Notes under the pieces: model-generated
Told to the model about the DNA's origin: nothing
Databases searched by the model: none
What the model saw: only the letters and a program-made list of their open reading frames with translations
Shown: positions 51,982-61,212 of the stretch, in pieces
Layout: every line of letters starts with the position of its first letter
Numbering within the stretch: position 1 is the first letter of the stretch
Made by a program: the position numbers and the translations under genes
Assembly (NCBI GenBank): GCA_965261735.1
Contig: OZ253470.1
Location: forward strand, 4,000,001-4,064,000
Source: Alphaproteobacteria bacterium
GTDB lineage: Bacteria; Pseudomonadota; Alphaproteobacteria; SHVV01
Direction of reading: 5' to 3'
DNA length: 64,000 nt

Positions 51982-52947
51982 ATGGTTGATCTCTATAACG
52001 TCTTCGTCACGCAACACGTCTGGTTCCTGATCGACATCTTCGTCGATTACGGCGTGTTCCTGTGCCTGTCGCTGGGCTGCTACATCACCCTCATGTCGGG
52101 GCAGATTTCGATCGGCCACGGTGGCTTGGCGAGCGTCGGCGCTTATCTGACGGCGGTGCTTACCGTCAACTTCGGCGCGTCGGTATGGCTATCGATTCCG
52201 CTCGCCGGTTTGGCCGGCGCGGCGGCTGGATTGGTCATCGCCTACATGATGGCGCTGCGCCTTGAAGGCATGTACCTGGCCATCGGCACCTTCGCCTTCG
52301 GCGAGGGGCTCGCCGTATTCTGGCAGAACACCGACTATGTCGGCGGCGCGCTCGGCTTCGTACGCGTGCCGCAGGTGACCGATCTGGGGCTCATCCTGAT
52401 CGTCCTCGGCATCATCTCCTTCTTCCTGTGGCGCTTCGAGAAGTCGCACCTCGGTAGGGCATTTCGAGCCACCTTCGACGACGAGTGGACGGCGATGGCG
52501 ATGGGCGTGAACATCGATCGCGTCAAGATCTACGCCTGGGTGCTGGGCGGATTCATCACCGGTATTGGCGGCGCCCTGTACGCCCACAACCTGACCGTCG
52601 TGCGGCCCAACAATTTCATCTTCGACTACGCCGTGCTGATCCTGCTCGCGCCCTGCCTCGGTGGCTACTACACGTACTGGGGCACCTACATCGGGGCCGG
52701 CATCATCCAGTTCGCGCCGTGGATTCTCAACGTCACGGAGCCGCTCAACAAGCGCATCTTCTATTCGACGCTCTACATCATCATCATGGTCTGGCGGCCC
52801 GAGGGGATCGTCGGCCGGCAGGGCGTGGGAATGCCGCTGGTCCTGCGCAAGCTCTTCAAGCAAAAGTCGATCGACGAGATGAGGCACGATCGCGAGATCG
52901 TCGCCACCTGGGCCGACCGGTCGCGAGCGCGAAGGCAAACCGAATAG
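51982..52947 (+). CDS. HAAT-family ABC permease (LivM-like)
   Basis: GQ.S.GH, LRL.G.YLAI.T.AFGE, S..GRA..A...DE..A...GVN, RP.G..G. Confidence 0.88.
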   Translation: MVDLYNVFVTQHVWFLIDIFVDYGVFLCLSLGCYITLMSGQISIGHGGLASVGAYLTAVLTVNFGASVWLSIPLAGLAGAAAGLVIAYMMALRLEGMYLAIGTFAFGEGLAVFWQNTDYVGGALGFVRVPQVTDLGLILIVLGIISFFLWRFEKSHLGRAFRATFDDEWTAMAMGVNIDRVKIYAWVLGGFITGIGGALYAHNLTVVRPNNFIFDYAVLILLAPCLGGYYTYWGTYIGAGIIQFAPWILNVTEPLNKRIFYSTLYIIIMVWRPEGIVGRQGVGMPLVLRKLFKQKSIDEMRHDREIVATWADRSRARRQTE

Positions 52948-53152
52948 CCGGCCCCGAGCGGGCCGCAGCCCGCTTGACCTGTCGCTGATCCGTAGGGACC
53001 GCTCCTATCCGGGCGGTTGAAACGGTCCTGGTTGGGGGCCGAAAGAACAGAACAACGCACGGCCGCCAGCGGACTGCCGCCGCGGCCGTGGCACAGGAGG
53101 ATGGCGGGGGCCGGCACGCCGGCTCGCGCCGCTCGCATACGGAGGACTGAAC

Positions 53153-53980
53153 ATGCGCGCCGCTTTTGTCGACGTCGACGGTATTCGCACACGCTACCTG
53201 TACGAGGGATCGGGGCCCCCCCTGCTGCTGATCCACGGCCTCGGAATCTCAGCTGACACGTGGTGCCGCAACATCGACGCCCTGGCCGAACGATTCACGG
53301 TGTACGCGCCCGACCTGCCGGGTCACGGCTTTACGGGCTGGCGCGACCTCGATGGGTCGGCATCGTACCCCAAGGTGGTCGAGCATCTGGTCAAATGGAT
53401 CGATGTGCTCGGCATCGACAAGTTCAGCATCGCCGGCAGCTCCTATGGGGCGCTGGTGTCGACGCTCATCTATTTCACCCGCCCCGAGCAGGTCGAGAAG
53501 CTGATCATCATCGGTAGCGGCTCGATGTTTCGCCCCGAGTCGAAGATCGCCGAGGGATTCGGCAAGTCGTACGAGAACGCAACCTCGGCGCTGCGTAATC
53601 CGACCTGGGAGACCTGCCGCCAGCGCATGGCCAACGTATGCTACGACCCGGCTTCCGTGACCGAGGAGGTGCTCCTCATCCAGCTCACGAGCTATGCCCA
53701 ACCCATCATCCTGCACGCCTACGAGCAGTACGCGGCGGCAAACTTCGATGTGGAGCTCACCCGCCCGCATCGCGCGTTTCACCGGCTCGACCAGATCAAG
53801 GTGCCGACGATCGTGATCACTGGACGAGAGGATGTGCGGGCCGAGCTCGAGGACGCGATCGCCGGCGAGAAGCAGATACCCAATTCGGAGCTGGTCATCT
53901 TCGACAAGTGCGGCCACTTGCCGCAGAGCGAGCACCCTGAGTTGTTCAACAAGACGGTCTTGGAGTTTCTGGCCCGGTAG
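53153..53980 (+). CDS. Alpha/beta hydrolase, paralog of the 32416/33293 pair
   Basis: TRY.YEG.G..LLLIHG.G.SADTW.RNID.LA, GSSYG, PTWETCRQRMAN..YDP. Confidence 0.85.
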   Translation: MRAAFVDVDGIRTRYLYEGSGPPLLLIHGLGISADTWCRNIDALAERFTVYAPDLPGHGFTGWRDLDGSASYPKVVEHLVKWIDVLGIDKFSIAGSSYGALVSTLIYFTRPEQVEKLIIIGSGSMFRPESKIAEGFGKSYENATSALRNPTWETCRQRMANVCYDPASVTEEVLLIQLTSYAQPIILHAYEQYAAANFDVELTRPHRAFHRLDQIKVPTIVITGREDVRAELEDAIAGEKQIPNSELVIFDKCGHLPQSEHPELFNKTVLEFLAR

Positions 53981-54065
53981 GGCGGACCGGGGCCGGCCCA
54001 GTGGTGCGGTGCCGCGCGGCCACGAGGGTCTGGCCGCATGGTGCGGCGGTAGAGGGGTCACGCGC

Positions 54066-55049
54066 ATGACGAAGGCCGTTCGCGTTCACGAGTTTGGCGG
54101 CCCTGAGGTCCTTCGCTACGAGGACGTCGACTTGGCCGATCCCGGCGCCGGCGAGGCGCGCGTCCGCCATACGGCGATCGCGCTCAATTTCGCCGACACC
54201 TGGTATCGCTCAGGCTCCGACCACTATCCGGTGGCGGCACTGCCCTTCACACCCGGACTCGAGGCCGCAGGCGTGGTCGAGGCCGTGGGCGCCGGCGTGA
54301 CGGACATCGCGGTCGGCGCGCGCGTGGTGTACGGTGCCGTCCCGCTCGGTGCGTACGCGGAGGCCCGCAACATGGCCGCCGACCGCCTGGTGGTCCTCCC
54401 CGACACGATCGATGACGAGCAGGCGGGCTCGAGCTTCATCAAGGGTATTACCGCCCAATACCTGCTGAACCGCGCCTATCGGGTCAAGCCCGGTGAGACG
54501 ATTCTGTTTCACGCGATCGCCGGCGGCGTCGGGTTGATCGCCTGTCAGTGGGCCAAGCACCTCGGGGCCACGGTCATCGGCACGGTGAGCAGCGACGCCA
54601 AGGCCGAGCTCGCGCGCGCCCACGGCTGCGACTTTCCCATCGTCTATGGGCGCGAGGACTTCACCGCGCGGGTGAAGGAGATCACCGACGGAGCCGGCGT
54701 CCCGGTGGTGTTCGATTCGGTCGGCAAGGATACCTTCGAAGGCTCCCTCGATTGTCTGATACCGCGCGGCACGATGATCGCCTTCGGACAGAGCTCCGGC
54801 CCGGTACCGCCCTTCGACATCCACGTTCTTGCCGACAAGGGCTCGCTGTACCTAGCGTGGACGACGGGGCGAACCTACAACGGCACTCGAGAGAACTTCG
54901 TGGGCCCGGCCGGTGAGCTATTCGACCTCATCGCCAGGGGTGTCGTGCGCATCGTCGTTAATCAGCGCTATGCGCTCGAGGATGTGGCCACGGCCCACCG
55001 CGACGTCGTGCATCGAAGGACCTCGGGCGCAACCATCCTGTTGCCCTAG
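54066..55049 (+). CDS. NADPH:quinone oxidoreductase (Qor/zeta-crystallin-like MDR)
   Basis: GGPEVL, PG.EAAG.V, G.TA.YL, AGGVGL.ACQWAK.LGA, DSVGKDTF..SLD.L. Confidence 0.9.
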   Translation: MTKAVRVHEFGGPEVLRYEDVDLADPGAGEARVRHTAIALNFADTWYRSGSDHYPVAALPFTPGLEAAGVVEAVGAGVTDIAVGARVVYGAVPLGAYAEARNMAADRLVVLPDTIDDEQAGSSFIKGITAQYLLNRAYRVKPGETILFHAIAGGVGLIACQWAKHLGATVIGTVSSDAKAELARAHGCDFPIVYGREDFTARVKEITDGAGVPVVFDSVGKDTFEGSLDCLIPRGTMIAFGQSSGPVPPFDIHVLADKGSLYLAWTTGRTYNGTRENFVGPAGELFDLIARGVVRIVVNQRYALEDVATAHRDVVHRRTSGATILLP

Positions 55050-55173
55050 TTCCCCGCCTATCCAGCAGTCATGGGTTGCGATGCGGGGTCGCGGCGCGGC
55101 CCGCCCTCGCGCGTTGCGCCCACCTAAATCCAACAATTCCAAAGCCTTTAGCACTATTAGTTAATTGACCAAG

Positions 55174-56205
55174 CCTTGCCTATCCGGTTTACACCCACAC
55201 CCACTAGGGCTAGAATGGGCGCAACCCGGATATAGGGGAGCGCGCCATGGATGTTCTCGACCGCGCCGATCTCCCATTCCCGCATTCGCTACCCGAGTTC
55301 CAGCGACTTTTCCCCGATGATGCGGCCTGCGCCGCCTACCTGGAGAAAGCCCGCTGGGGAGACGGCTTTGCCTGCCCGCACTGCGGCACGGCGGGAGAGC
55401 CGTTCCACTTTGAAAACCGCCCTGGCGTCCTGCGCTGCCGCAAGTGCCGCCAGAACACCGGGCTGACGGTGGGAACAGTGATGGAGCGTAGCCACACTCC
55501 GCTGAACGTCTGGTTCTGGGCCGCTTATCTGGTCGCCAGTCAGACGCCCGGCATGTCCGCCGTGCAGTTTCAGCGGCAACTTGGTCTTTCGCGCTACGAG
55601 ACGGCCTTTCAAATTCTCCACAAGCTCCGCTCGGGCATGGTGCGGCCCAACCAAGACAGGATCGGTGGACAGCCCAAGAACCATGTTGAGGTGGACGAAA
55701 CCTGGGTTGGCGGGCGAACGCGTGGGGAAGGCCGTGGTGTTTACCACAAGGTTCCCGTCTCCTGTGCCATCGCCGTCGTGCTCGACCGTAGCGCCGAGTC
55801 GCTCTGTGGGTTCGTCGAGAGCACCGTCGCGCCGGGATCGCTGATCGTTACTGACGATTGGAGCGGCTATGCTGGCCTCGGTAAGCGCGGCTATGAGCAC
55901 TTCGCTGTTGCCGAGTGTGGTGATCCAGAGGTTGCCGAGCAATACCTGCCGATCATCCATCTGGTTTTCGCCAACCTGAAGACGTGGCTGATCGGTATCC
56001 ACCACGGCGTTAGCCACCAGCACCTACAAGCCTACCTCAACGAGTTCACCTTCCGCTTCAACAGGCGGTTCTACCCGTTCAACGCCTTCCGCTCATTGCT
56101 CGGCATCGCGGGCGACACCTCTGCTCCAACCTATGCCGAGCTTTACTCGGGAGAGTGGCGGCACCCTACATGTAGCGGTCATGGGCGTTAACCGGATAGG
56201 CAAGG
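55174..56205 (+). mobile_element. IS1595-family element, copy 2 (1032 bp; 75-bp internal deletion)
   Basis: Same 16-bp IRs as 22135-23241 and nearly identical sequence. Confidence 0.93.
55247..56191 (+). CDS. IS1595-family transposase with a 25-aa in-frame deletion (probably inactive)
   Basis: CAI|AVVL here versus CAIEVRHRKPGTKLDNRKDGRYAGRVRLAVVL in copy 1. Confidence 0.88.
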   Translation: MDVLDRADLPFPHSLPEFQRLFPDDAACAAYLEKARWGDGFACPHCGTAGEPFHFENRPGVLRCRKCRQNTGLTVGTVMERSHTPLNVWFWAAYLVASQTPGMSAVQFQRQLGLSRYETAFQILHKLRSGMVRPNQDRIGGQPKNHVEVDETWVGGRTRGEGRGVYHKVPVSCAIAVVLDRSAESLCGFVESTVAPGSLIVTDDWSGYAGLGKRGYEHFAVAECGDPEVAEQYLPIIHLVFANLKTWLIGIHHGVSHQHLQAYLNEFTFRFNRRFYPFNAFRSLLGIAGDTSAPTYAELYSGEWRHPTCSGHGR

Positions 56206-56216
56206 CTCGTTCCTAA

Positions 56217-57650
56217 GGTCGTGTCCCAGGACGTGGTGTAGGAGTTGTTGGAGCCTCTGTTAGCTGTGGGTAGGCGGCTTGCCGTAGCGACCGCCGAGAG
56301 TCTGGCGTAGGCAAGCCGGCTATCCACAGCGGAGGCCATCGCGGTTCCGGTTTAGGGTTGGGCTAGTGCAAACCAACCTGACCCGAAGGAGAACCACGAT
56401 GACCCAGGACATGATGACCCTGCGCGCGCTTTTGGAGAAGAGCTCCGATGCCGATCTGCTTTGCGAGATGATCGGCTTCACGGCCGAGTGGCTGATGGCA
56501 CTGGAGGTTGAGGGCCTGACCGGCGCCGGGCACGGCGAGCGCTCGGCGGATCGTATCACCCATCGCAACGGCTACCGCGACCGGTCCTGGGAGACGCGGG
56601 CCGGCACGGTCGAGCTGAAGATCCCGAAGCTGAGGAAGGGAAGCTACTTCCCGGGCTTCCTGGAGCCGCGGCGGATGGCCGAGAAGGCGCTGGCTGCGGT
56701 GATCCAGGAGGCCTACATCCAGGGGGTGTCGACCCGCTCGGTCGACGATCTGGTTCAGGCGATGGGGATGTCGGGCGCCTCCAAGAGCCAGGTCTCCAGG
56801 CTGTGCGGCGAGATCGACGATAAGGTCACCGGCTTCCTCGATCGACCGCTGGAGGGCGACTGGCCCTATCTGTGGCTCGACGCCACCTACGTGAAGGTGC
56901 GCCAGACCGGACGCATCGTCTCGGTCGCGGTGACCGTGGCTGTGGCCGTCAACGACCAAGGCCGCCGCGAGGTCCTGGGCGTGGCGATCGGCGCGTCGGA
57001 GGCCGAGACCTTCTGGACCGAGTTCCTGCGCTCGCTGGCCCGGCGCGGGCTGCGCGGCGTGAAGCTGGTGATCTCCGACGACCACAAGGGCCTGAAGGCC
57101 GCCGCGACCCGGATCCTCGGCGCCACATGGCAGCGCTGCCGCGTGCACTTCGCCCGCAACCTGCTGGCCCATGCCGGCCGCCAGGGCCGGCGCGTCGTCT
57201 CCGCCTTCGCCCAGGAGGACGCCGACAGCGCGAAGGTCCAGTGGCGCCAGGTCGCCGACCAGCTCAGGCCCAAGGTGCCCAAGCTGGCAGTTCTCATGGA
57301 CGAAGCCGAGCACGACGTCCTCGCCTACATGAGCTTCCCCAGGGAGCACCGCCAGAAATTGCACTCCACAAACCCGATCGAACGGCTCCATGCCGAGGTC
57401 AAGCGTCGCACCAACGTCGTCGGTATCTTTCCCAACGAAGCCGCCATCACACGGCTCGTCGGCGCCATCCTTCTCGAGCAGAACGACGAGTGGGCCGTCT
57501 CAAGGAGATACATGACGCTGGAATCCATCGCTCCGCTGAGCGATGGTGTCCCCATCACGCTGCCCACCGTGGCAGCCTGAACGTCCCGGCCCTACCCGCC
57601 GGGAGCCGCGTAGAGCGCAACGCTCTTACACCACTCCGCGGGACACGATC
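56217..57650 (+). mobile_element. IS256-family element, copy 2 (1434 bp)
   Basis: Same IRs and length as 793-2226. Starts 11 bp after the IS1595 end. No target duplication. Confidence 0.95.
56366..57580 (+). CDS. IS256-family transposase (R->C and R->W relative to copy 1)
   Basis: Same protein as 942-2156 except LLCEM and TAEWL. Confidence 0.93.
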   Translation: MQTNLTRRRTTMTQDMMTLRALLEKSSDADLLCEMIGFTAEWLMALEVEGLTGAGHGERSADRITHRNGYRDRSWETRAGTVELKIPKLRKGSYFPGFLEPRRMAEKALAAVIQEAYIQGVSTRSVDDLVQAMGMSGASKSQVSRLCGEIDDKVTGFLDRPLEGDWPYLWLDATYVKVRQTGRIVSVAVTVAVAVNDQGRREVLGVAIGASEAETFWTEFLRSLARRGLRGVKLVISDDHKGLKAAATRILGATWQRCRVHFARNLLAHAGRQGRRVVSAFAQEDADSAKVQWRQVADQLRPKVPKLAVLMDEAEHDVLAYMSFPREHRQKLHSTNPIERLHAEVKRRTNVVGIFPNEAAITRLVGAILLEQNDEWAVSRRYMTLESIAPLSDGVPITLPTVAA

Positions 57651-57907
57651 AAGACGAAGCAGTGGCCAGCGACACGAGGGTCATTGGGAAGACGTGGCGC
57701 TACGTGAACAAGAGGGGAGGACCGGACAGGCGCTTCAAGGATAATCGTGAGTTGCCCGTTGTGCTGTACGGTGAGATCGACTTCGGGAGCGGCTCAGGGG
57801 TGCAGGAGCGTATCCAAGTGTCCAATCCGGAAGCCGGCAAACCGCTGGCGGAGAGTATCAGAGCACTGGCCGCGGCCTTAGTTGAGCGAACGGCGGCGGC
57901 GAATTAA
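57651..57907 (+). pseudogene. C-terminal remnant of a DUF4236-associated-type protein, cut by IS256
   Basis: SD..V.G.TW.YVNK.GGPDRRFKDNRELP...YGE....S..G motif. The 5' part is replaced by the IS. Confidence 0.55.
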
Positions 57908-58020
57908 GAACTCTGTAGGCGTCATTAACAAAATCCCTATTGTCGGGAGATTCACCCGCAGGGCTTGATTGACGGTCTCCGTGAGGGAGGCACTGCGAGC
58001 GCGCTTTGGCACACCACCTC

Positions 58021-58509
58021 CTACAGCGGCGCGGAGAGGTTGCTGGGGATGGAGTAGGTGTCGGCGAGGACGATCTTTTCCACAAAACGCGGGGCGCCGC
58101 CCTCGAAGGTCACCTTGTCCTCGTACTTGCCGGCGCTGAAGATGATGGTGGTGCCGTCGAGCACGTCGGTGGCGTAGACCACGTAGTTGGCGTGGACGTC
58201 ATGGACGCCGTCGCGCTCGCCGACGATGCGGATGTTGCTGATCAGGTGGCGATAGTAGCGCAGGCTGAACACGGCGGCTTTGCGCAGGATCACGACGCGG
58301 TCGCGCAGCTGGGCCTGGTTGTGGCAGTAGAAAAGGCCGAGCGGCAGTCCCTCCTCGGCGTTCTCGCGCGGCAGGATGTGGTAGACGCAGTCCTCGACGA
58401 AGAAGCCCGGCCACTCCTCGAGGCGGTCGTCGTCGATGCACTGGACGTAGGCGTACTCAATATCGGTGATCTGTTCGCGGATGTTGCCGTTGTCCATGGT
58501 CGGCCTCAC
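58021..58509 (-). CDS. Ring-hydroxylating oxygenase beta subunit (second copy)
   Basis: YVQCIDDDRLEEWP.FF..DC.Y.I.PREN; paralog of 47204-47677. Start is GTG 58509 or ATG 58497. Confidence 0.9.
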   Translation of the reverse strand: MRPTMDNGNIREQITDIEYAYVQCIDDDRLEEWPGFFVEDCVYHILPRENAEEGLPLGLFYCHNQAQLRDRVVILRKAAVFSLRYYRHLISNIRIVGERDGVHDVHANYVVYATDVLDGTTIIFSAGKYEDKVTFEGGAPRFVEKIVLADTYSIPSNLSAPL

Positions 58510-59789
58510 TCGGCCGCTTGGCGCGCCGCTTTGCCGCCGGGCTTGTAGCCCATGAGCTGGCAGTAGTGGCGCCAGAAGCCGCGAACCGTCATCTCCGAAA
58601 CCAGGTGATCCTCGGTGACGATCTCGCCGCGCCCACCCATCTCGATGAAGGAGTGCTCGCGGCCGCGGCGGCGGATGCCGCGCTGGGCGAGGATACCGAC
58701 CTCACCGTCCTCCATGTTGTTGTAGCCCGCCGGGCCCACCATGTTGGCCTGCTGCAGGCGCTTCTGGCGCAGCTCTGCATCGTCGTCCGTATAGCCGAAA
58801 TAGATCCAGTAGAGCTCGAACTCGTTGGCGCTCTTGGGGCGCAGCTGCTCGAGCTCAAGCACGTTGCCGACCTGCGCGAACAGGCAGTTGGGGAAGATGT
58901 TGGAAACCCGAACCGACTGCCCATCGCCGACCTCGTCGCGCCAGCCGACGAAGGCCATGTCCTCGAGCTCCAACGGGTTGGCGATCTGATCACCGAGCTC
59001 GGTATCGCCGTAGCCCTCCTCGATCACCTCGGTCGAGTCGCTGTCGGCATAGAGGTAGGCCACGCTGTGGCGCCCGAGCTTGTCGGGAATGCGGGCGCCC
59101 GCCTGCGTGACCCGGTGGAGACCGAACATCGCCGCCAGCTGATGCAGCAGGCCGGCGTGGTAGCCGTCGCCGTAGTTCTCGTAATAGAGCTTCCAGTTGT
59201 TGGGAAAGCGCTGCCGGCGGTAGCCCAAGATCTCGATCGGCTTCATGAAGGTGCGATCGAGGAAGTCGCGGAGCGGCTCGTCGAGGAATTCGTCGAGCGG
59301 CTCGACCGAGTCATCGAAGGTGCCGAAGATCGCCTCGCGGTAACTCGCGACCTTGAGCTTGCGCAGTCCGTGCTCGCTCTTGTCGAAGTCCTCCGGCATT
59401 CCGCCCTTGCCGCCGAGCCCGCGCTGGAACGGGACGCCGATGAGGTCACCACGCAGGTCGTAGCACCAGCGATGGTAGACGCAGGTGTAGTTCTCGGCGT
59501 TGCCCTTGCGGTCGCGCACCACCATGGTGCCGCGATGGGCGCAACTGTTGACGAAGGCGTGTACGGAGCCATCCTCCGCGCGGCTGACCACGATCGGGCA
59601 ATCGCCGGCGTAGGTCGTGATGTAGTCGCCGGGGTTGGGGAGTTGCGCGTGGAGCCCGAGAAACAGCCACACCGGCCCTTGAAAAACCAGCTCCTGCTCG
59701 CGCTCGTAGACGTCCTCGTCGAGGAACACCGCGTAGGGCACGCGGCTGAAATCGGCCGCGGGCCAAATCAGGTCGTTCGAGCTTGCCAT
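58506..59789 (-). CDS. Rieske oxygenase alpha subunit (second NagG/AndAc-like copy)
   Basis: CAHRG...CVYHRW, GVPFQRGL.GKGGMPEDF, NWKLY.EN..D.YHAGLLH, QAN.VGPAG....EDGE. Confidence 0.92.
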   Translation of the reverse strand: MASSNDLIWPAADFSRVPYAVFLDEDVYEREQELVFQGPVWLFLGLHAQLPNPGDYITTYAGDCPIVVSRAEDGSVHAFVNSCAHRGTMVVRDRKGNAENYTCVYHRWCYDLRGDLIGVPFQRGLGGKGGMPEDFDKSEHGLRKLKVASYREAIFGTFDDSVEPLDEFLDEPLRDFLDRTFMKPIEILGYRRQRFPNNWKLYYENYGDGYHAGLLHQLAAMFGLHRVTQAGARIPDKLGRHSVAYLYADSDSTEVIEEGYGDTELGDQIANPLELEDMAFVGWRDEVGDGQSVRVSNIFPNCLFAQVGNVLELEQLRPKSANEFELYWIYFGYTDDDAELRQKRLQQANMVGPAGYNNMEDGEVGILAQRGIRRRGREHSFIEMGGRGEIVTEDHLVSEMTVRGFWRHYCQLMGYKPGGKAARQAAE

Positions 59790-59870
59790 TGCCTCTCCCC
59801 TGTTCTTACCGCCGGCCGCGCCGCGGTGCCGCCGGCCGCGGTGCGACCGTCAGCGCCGCGTGCGCACCAT

Positions 59871-60896
59871 CTAGTCGGCGAGATAATCGTTGGTGAAGTA
59901 GTTCGAAACATCCTCGTTCTTGGTCACCAGCTTGTTCTTCATCGCCCATGCCTGAGCGGCCTTCCACACCGCGGCCTCCTGGCGAAACACCTTGCCGTTC
60001 CGATCCGTCCACTGATCGGCGTTGGCTTCGGTGATCTTGCCGTGTTGCTCGATCGTGAAGATCTCGTTCTTGGCCGCCATTTCCTTGTTCACGGGCCCCG
60101 GATTGCTGGCGAAGGACCGGTAGCCGCGGGCCGTGGCCCGAAGGAAACGACAGGCGCTGCCCGGATTCTGCCTCGTCCAATTCTCGTTGGCCGCCATTAC
60201 GATGTAGTAGAAATCCGGTACGCCGTTGTCGCGGAAGTGCAGAAAACGGAGCGGCGGCTTGCCTTCCTTGGCGAGAATGTCCTTGGCGATGATGGGTTCG
60301 GCATTTTCCAGCATGTAGGCGGCGTCAATCTTGCCGGTCACGAGCAGCTCAATTGCGCCGAAACCGGGGTCGATGAACTTGACGTCGCTCTCGCTGAGGC
60401 CGGCCGACGCCAGCGCCGAGCGCGTCATCGCCAGGGCAGAGGGCAGTGCGTTCACGCCGATGATCTTGCCCTTGAGGTCGGCTGGCGAGGTAATGCTCGA
60501 ATCGCCGAGCACGCCGAGGCCGAGCGGCAGCGGCCGAAGCATGACGGCGACACTGTGAATGGGGATGTTCTCCTCGCGCGCGGCCATGATCATCGAGGCC
60601 TCGACGAGGCTGAACTCGGCGCGGCCGGCCGACACCATCTTGAGCTGGTCGGCGACGTTGGCCGGCGCCACCAGGTCCACTTCCAGCCCTTCCTCCTTGT
60701 AGTAGCCGTTCTGCTGCGCGGCGAAAATGGGGCCCTGAACCGACCACGGTAGCCAGTCGCCGATGACCGTGATCTTGGCCTGTTCCGCCGCGACATCGCA
60801 GGCACCCGCGCTCGCGGGTGACGTCGCGACGCCGCTCAGGGCAGCCGAAAGAAACAGAAGCGACACGAGTCGGGTGATGGGCTTTAGCTTCACCAT
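59871..60896 (-). CDS. ABC substrate-binding protein, SsuA/THI5(NMT1)-like
   Basis: Signal peptide; DW.P.....P...A.Q.GYY.EEGL.V; I.SPADLKGK.IG; G.PD.Y. Confidence 0.85.
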   Translation of the reverse strand: MVKLKPITRLVSLLFLSAALSGVATSPASAGACDVAAEQAKITVIGDWLPWSVQGPIFAAQQNGYYKEEGLEVDLVAPANVADQLKMVSAGRAEFSLVEASMIMAAREENIPIHSVAVMLRPLPLGLGVLGDSSITSPADLKGKIIGVNALPSALAMTRSALASAGLSESDVKFIDPGFGAIELLVTGKIDAAYMLENAEPIIAKDILAKEGKPPLRFLHFRDNGVPDFYYIVMAANENWTRQNPGSACRFLRATARGYRSFASNPGPVNKEMAAKNEIFTIEQHGKITEANADQWTDRNGKVFRQEAAVWKAAQAWAMKNKLVTKNEDVSNYFTNDYLAD

Positions 60897-61212
60897 GATT
60901 GGGTTCCTCCCATGCTGAGCGACGCACGGATTCCGTCACGGATTTTCGACTCTGCGCGCGCACGTACTCACCGCGTTCGCCACACCGAGTGCCGCCGGGA
61001 TACGCGGCGGCCGAAGCGTCGTCTGGCCGCACAAATGCTGAAAACTACAGGATGGTTAATGCTACGCCGATGTCGGCGAGATTACAAATTTCGCTATCGC
61101 GCGCCCCGCGCGGGCGCGGCCCGTGGTTGACGTGCCCCAGCGAAACGTAGAGCATGGGCGCCACTTGCCGGCACCGCCGGCAATCTCCTTTTGGCAGGCC
61201 GGGAGACGATCC

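Noticed and set aside
57915-57945. Possible further IS end (GGCGTCATTAACAAAATCC)
   Set aside because: No matching inverted partner or transposase found in the window.
60897-61212. TPP riboswitch upstream of the THI5-like SBP
   Set aside because: No CTGAGA / CCTGA..GG.AATGC..CG.AGG core is visible on the minus strand.
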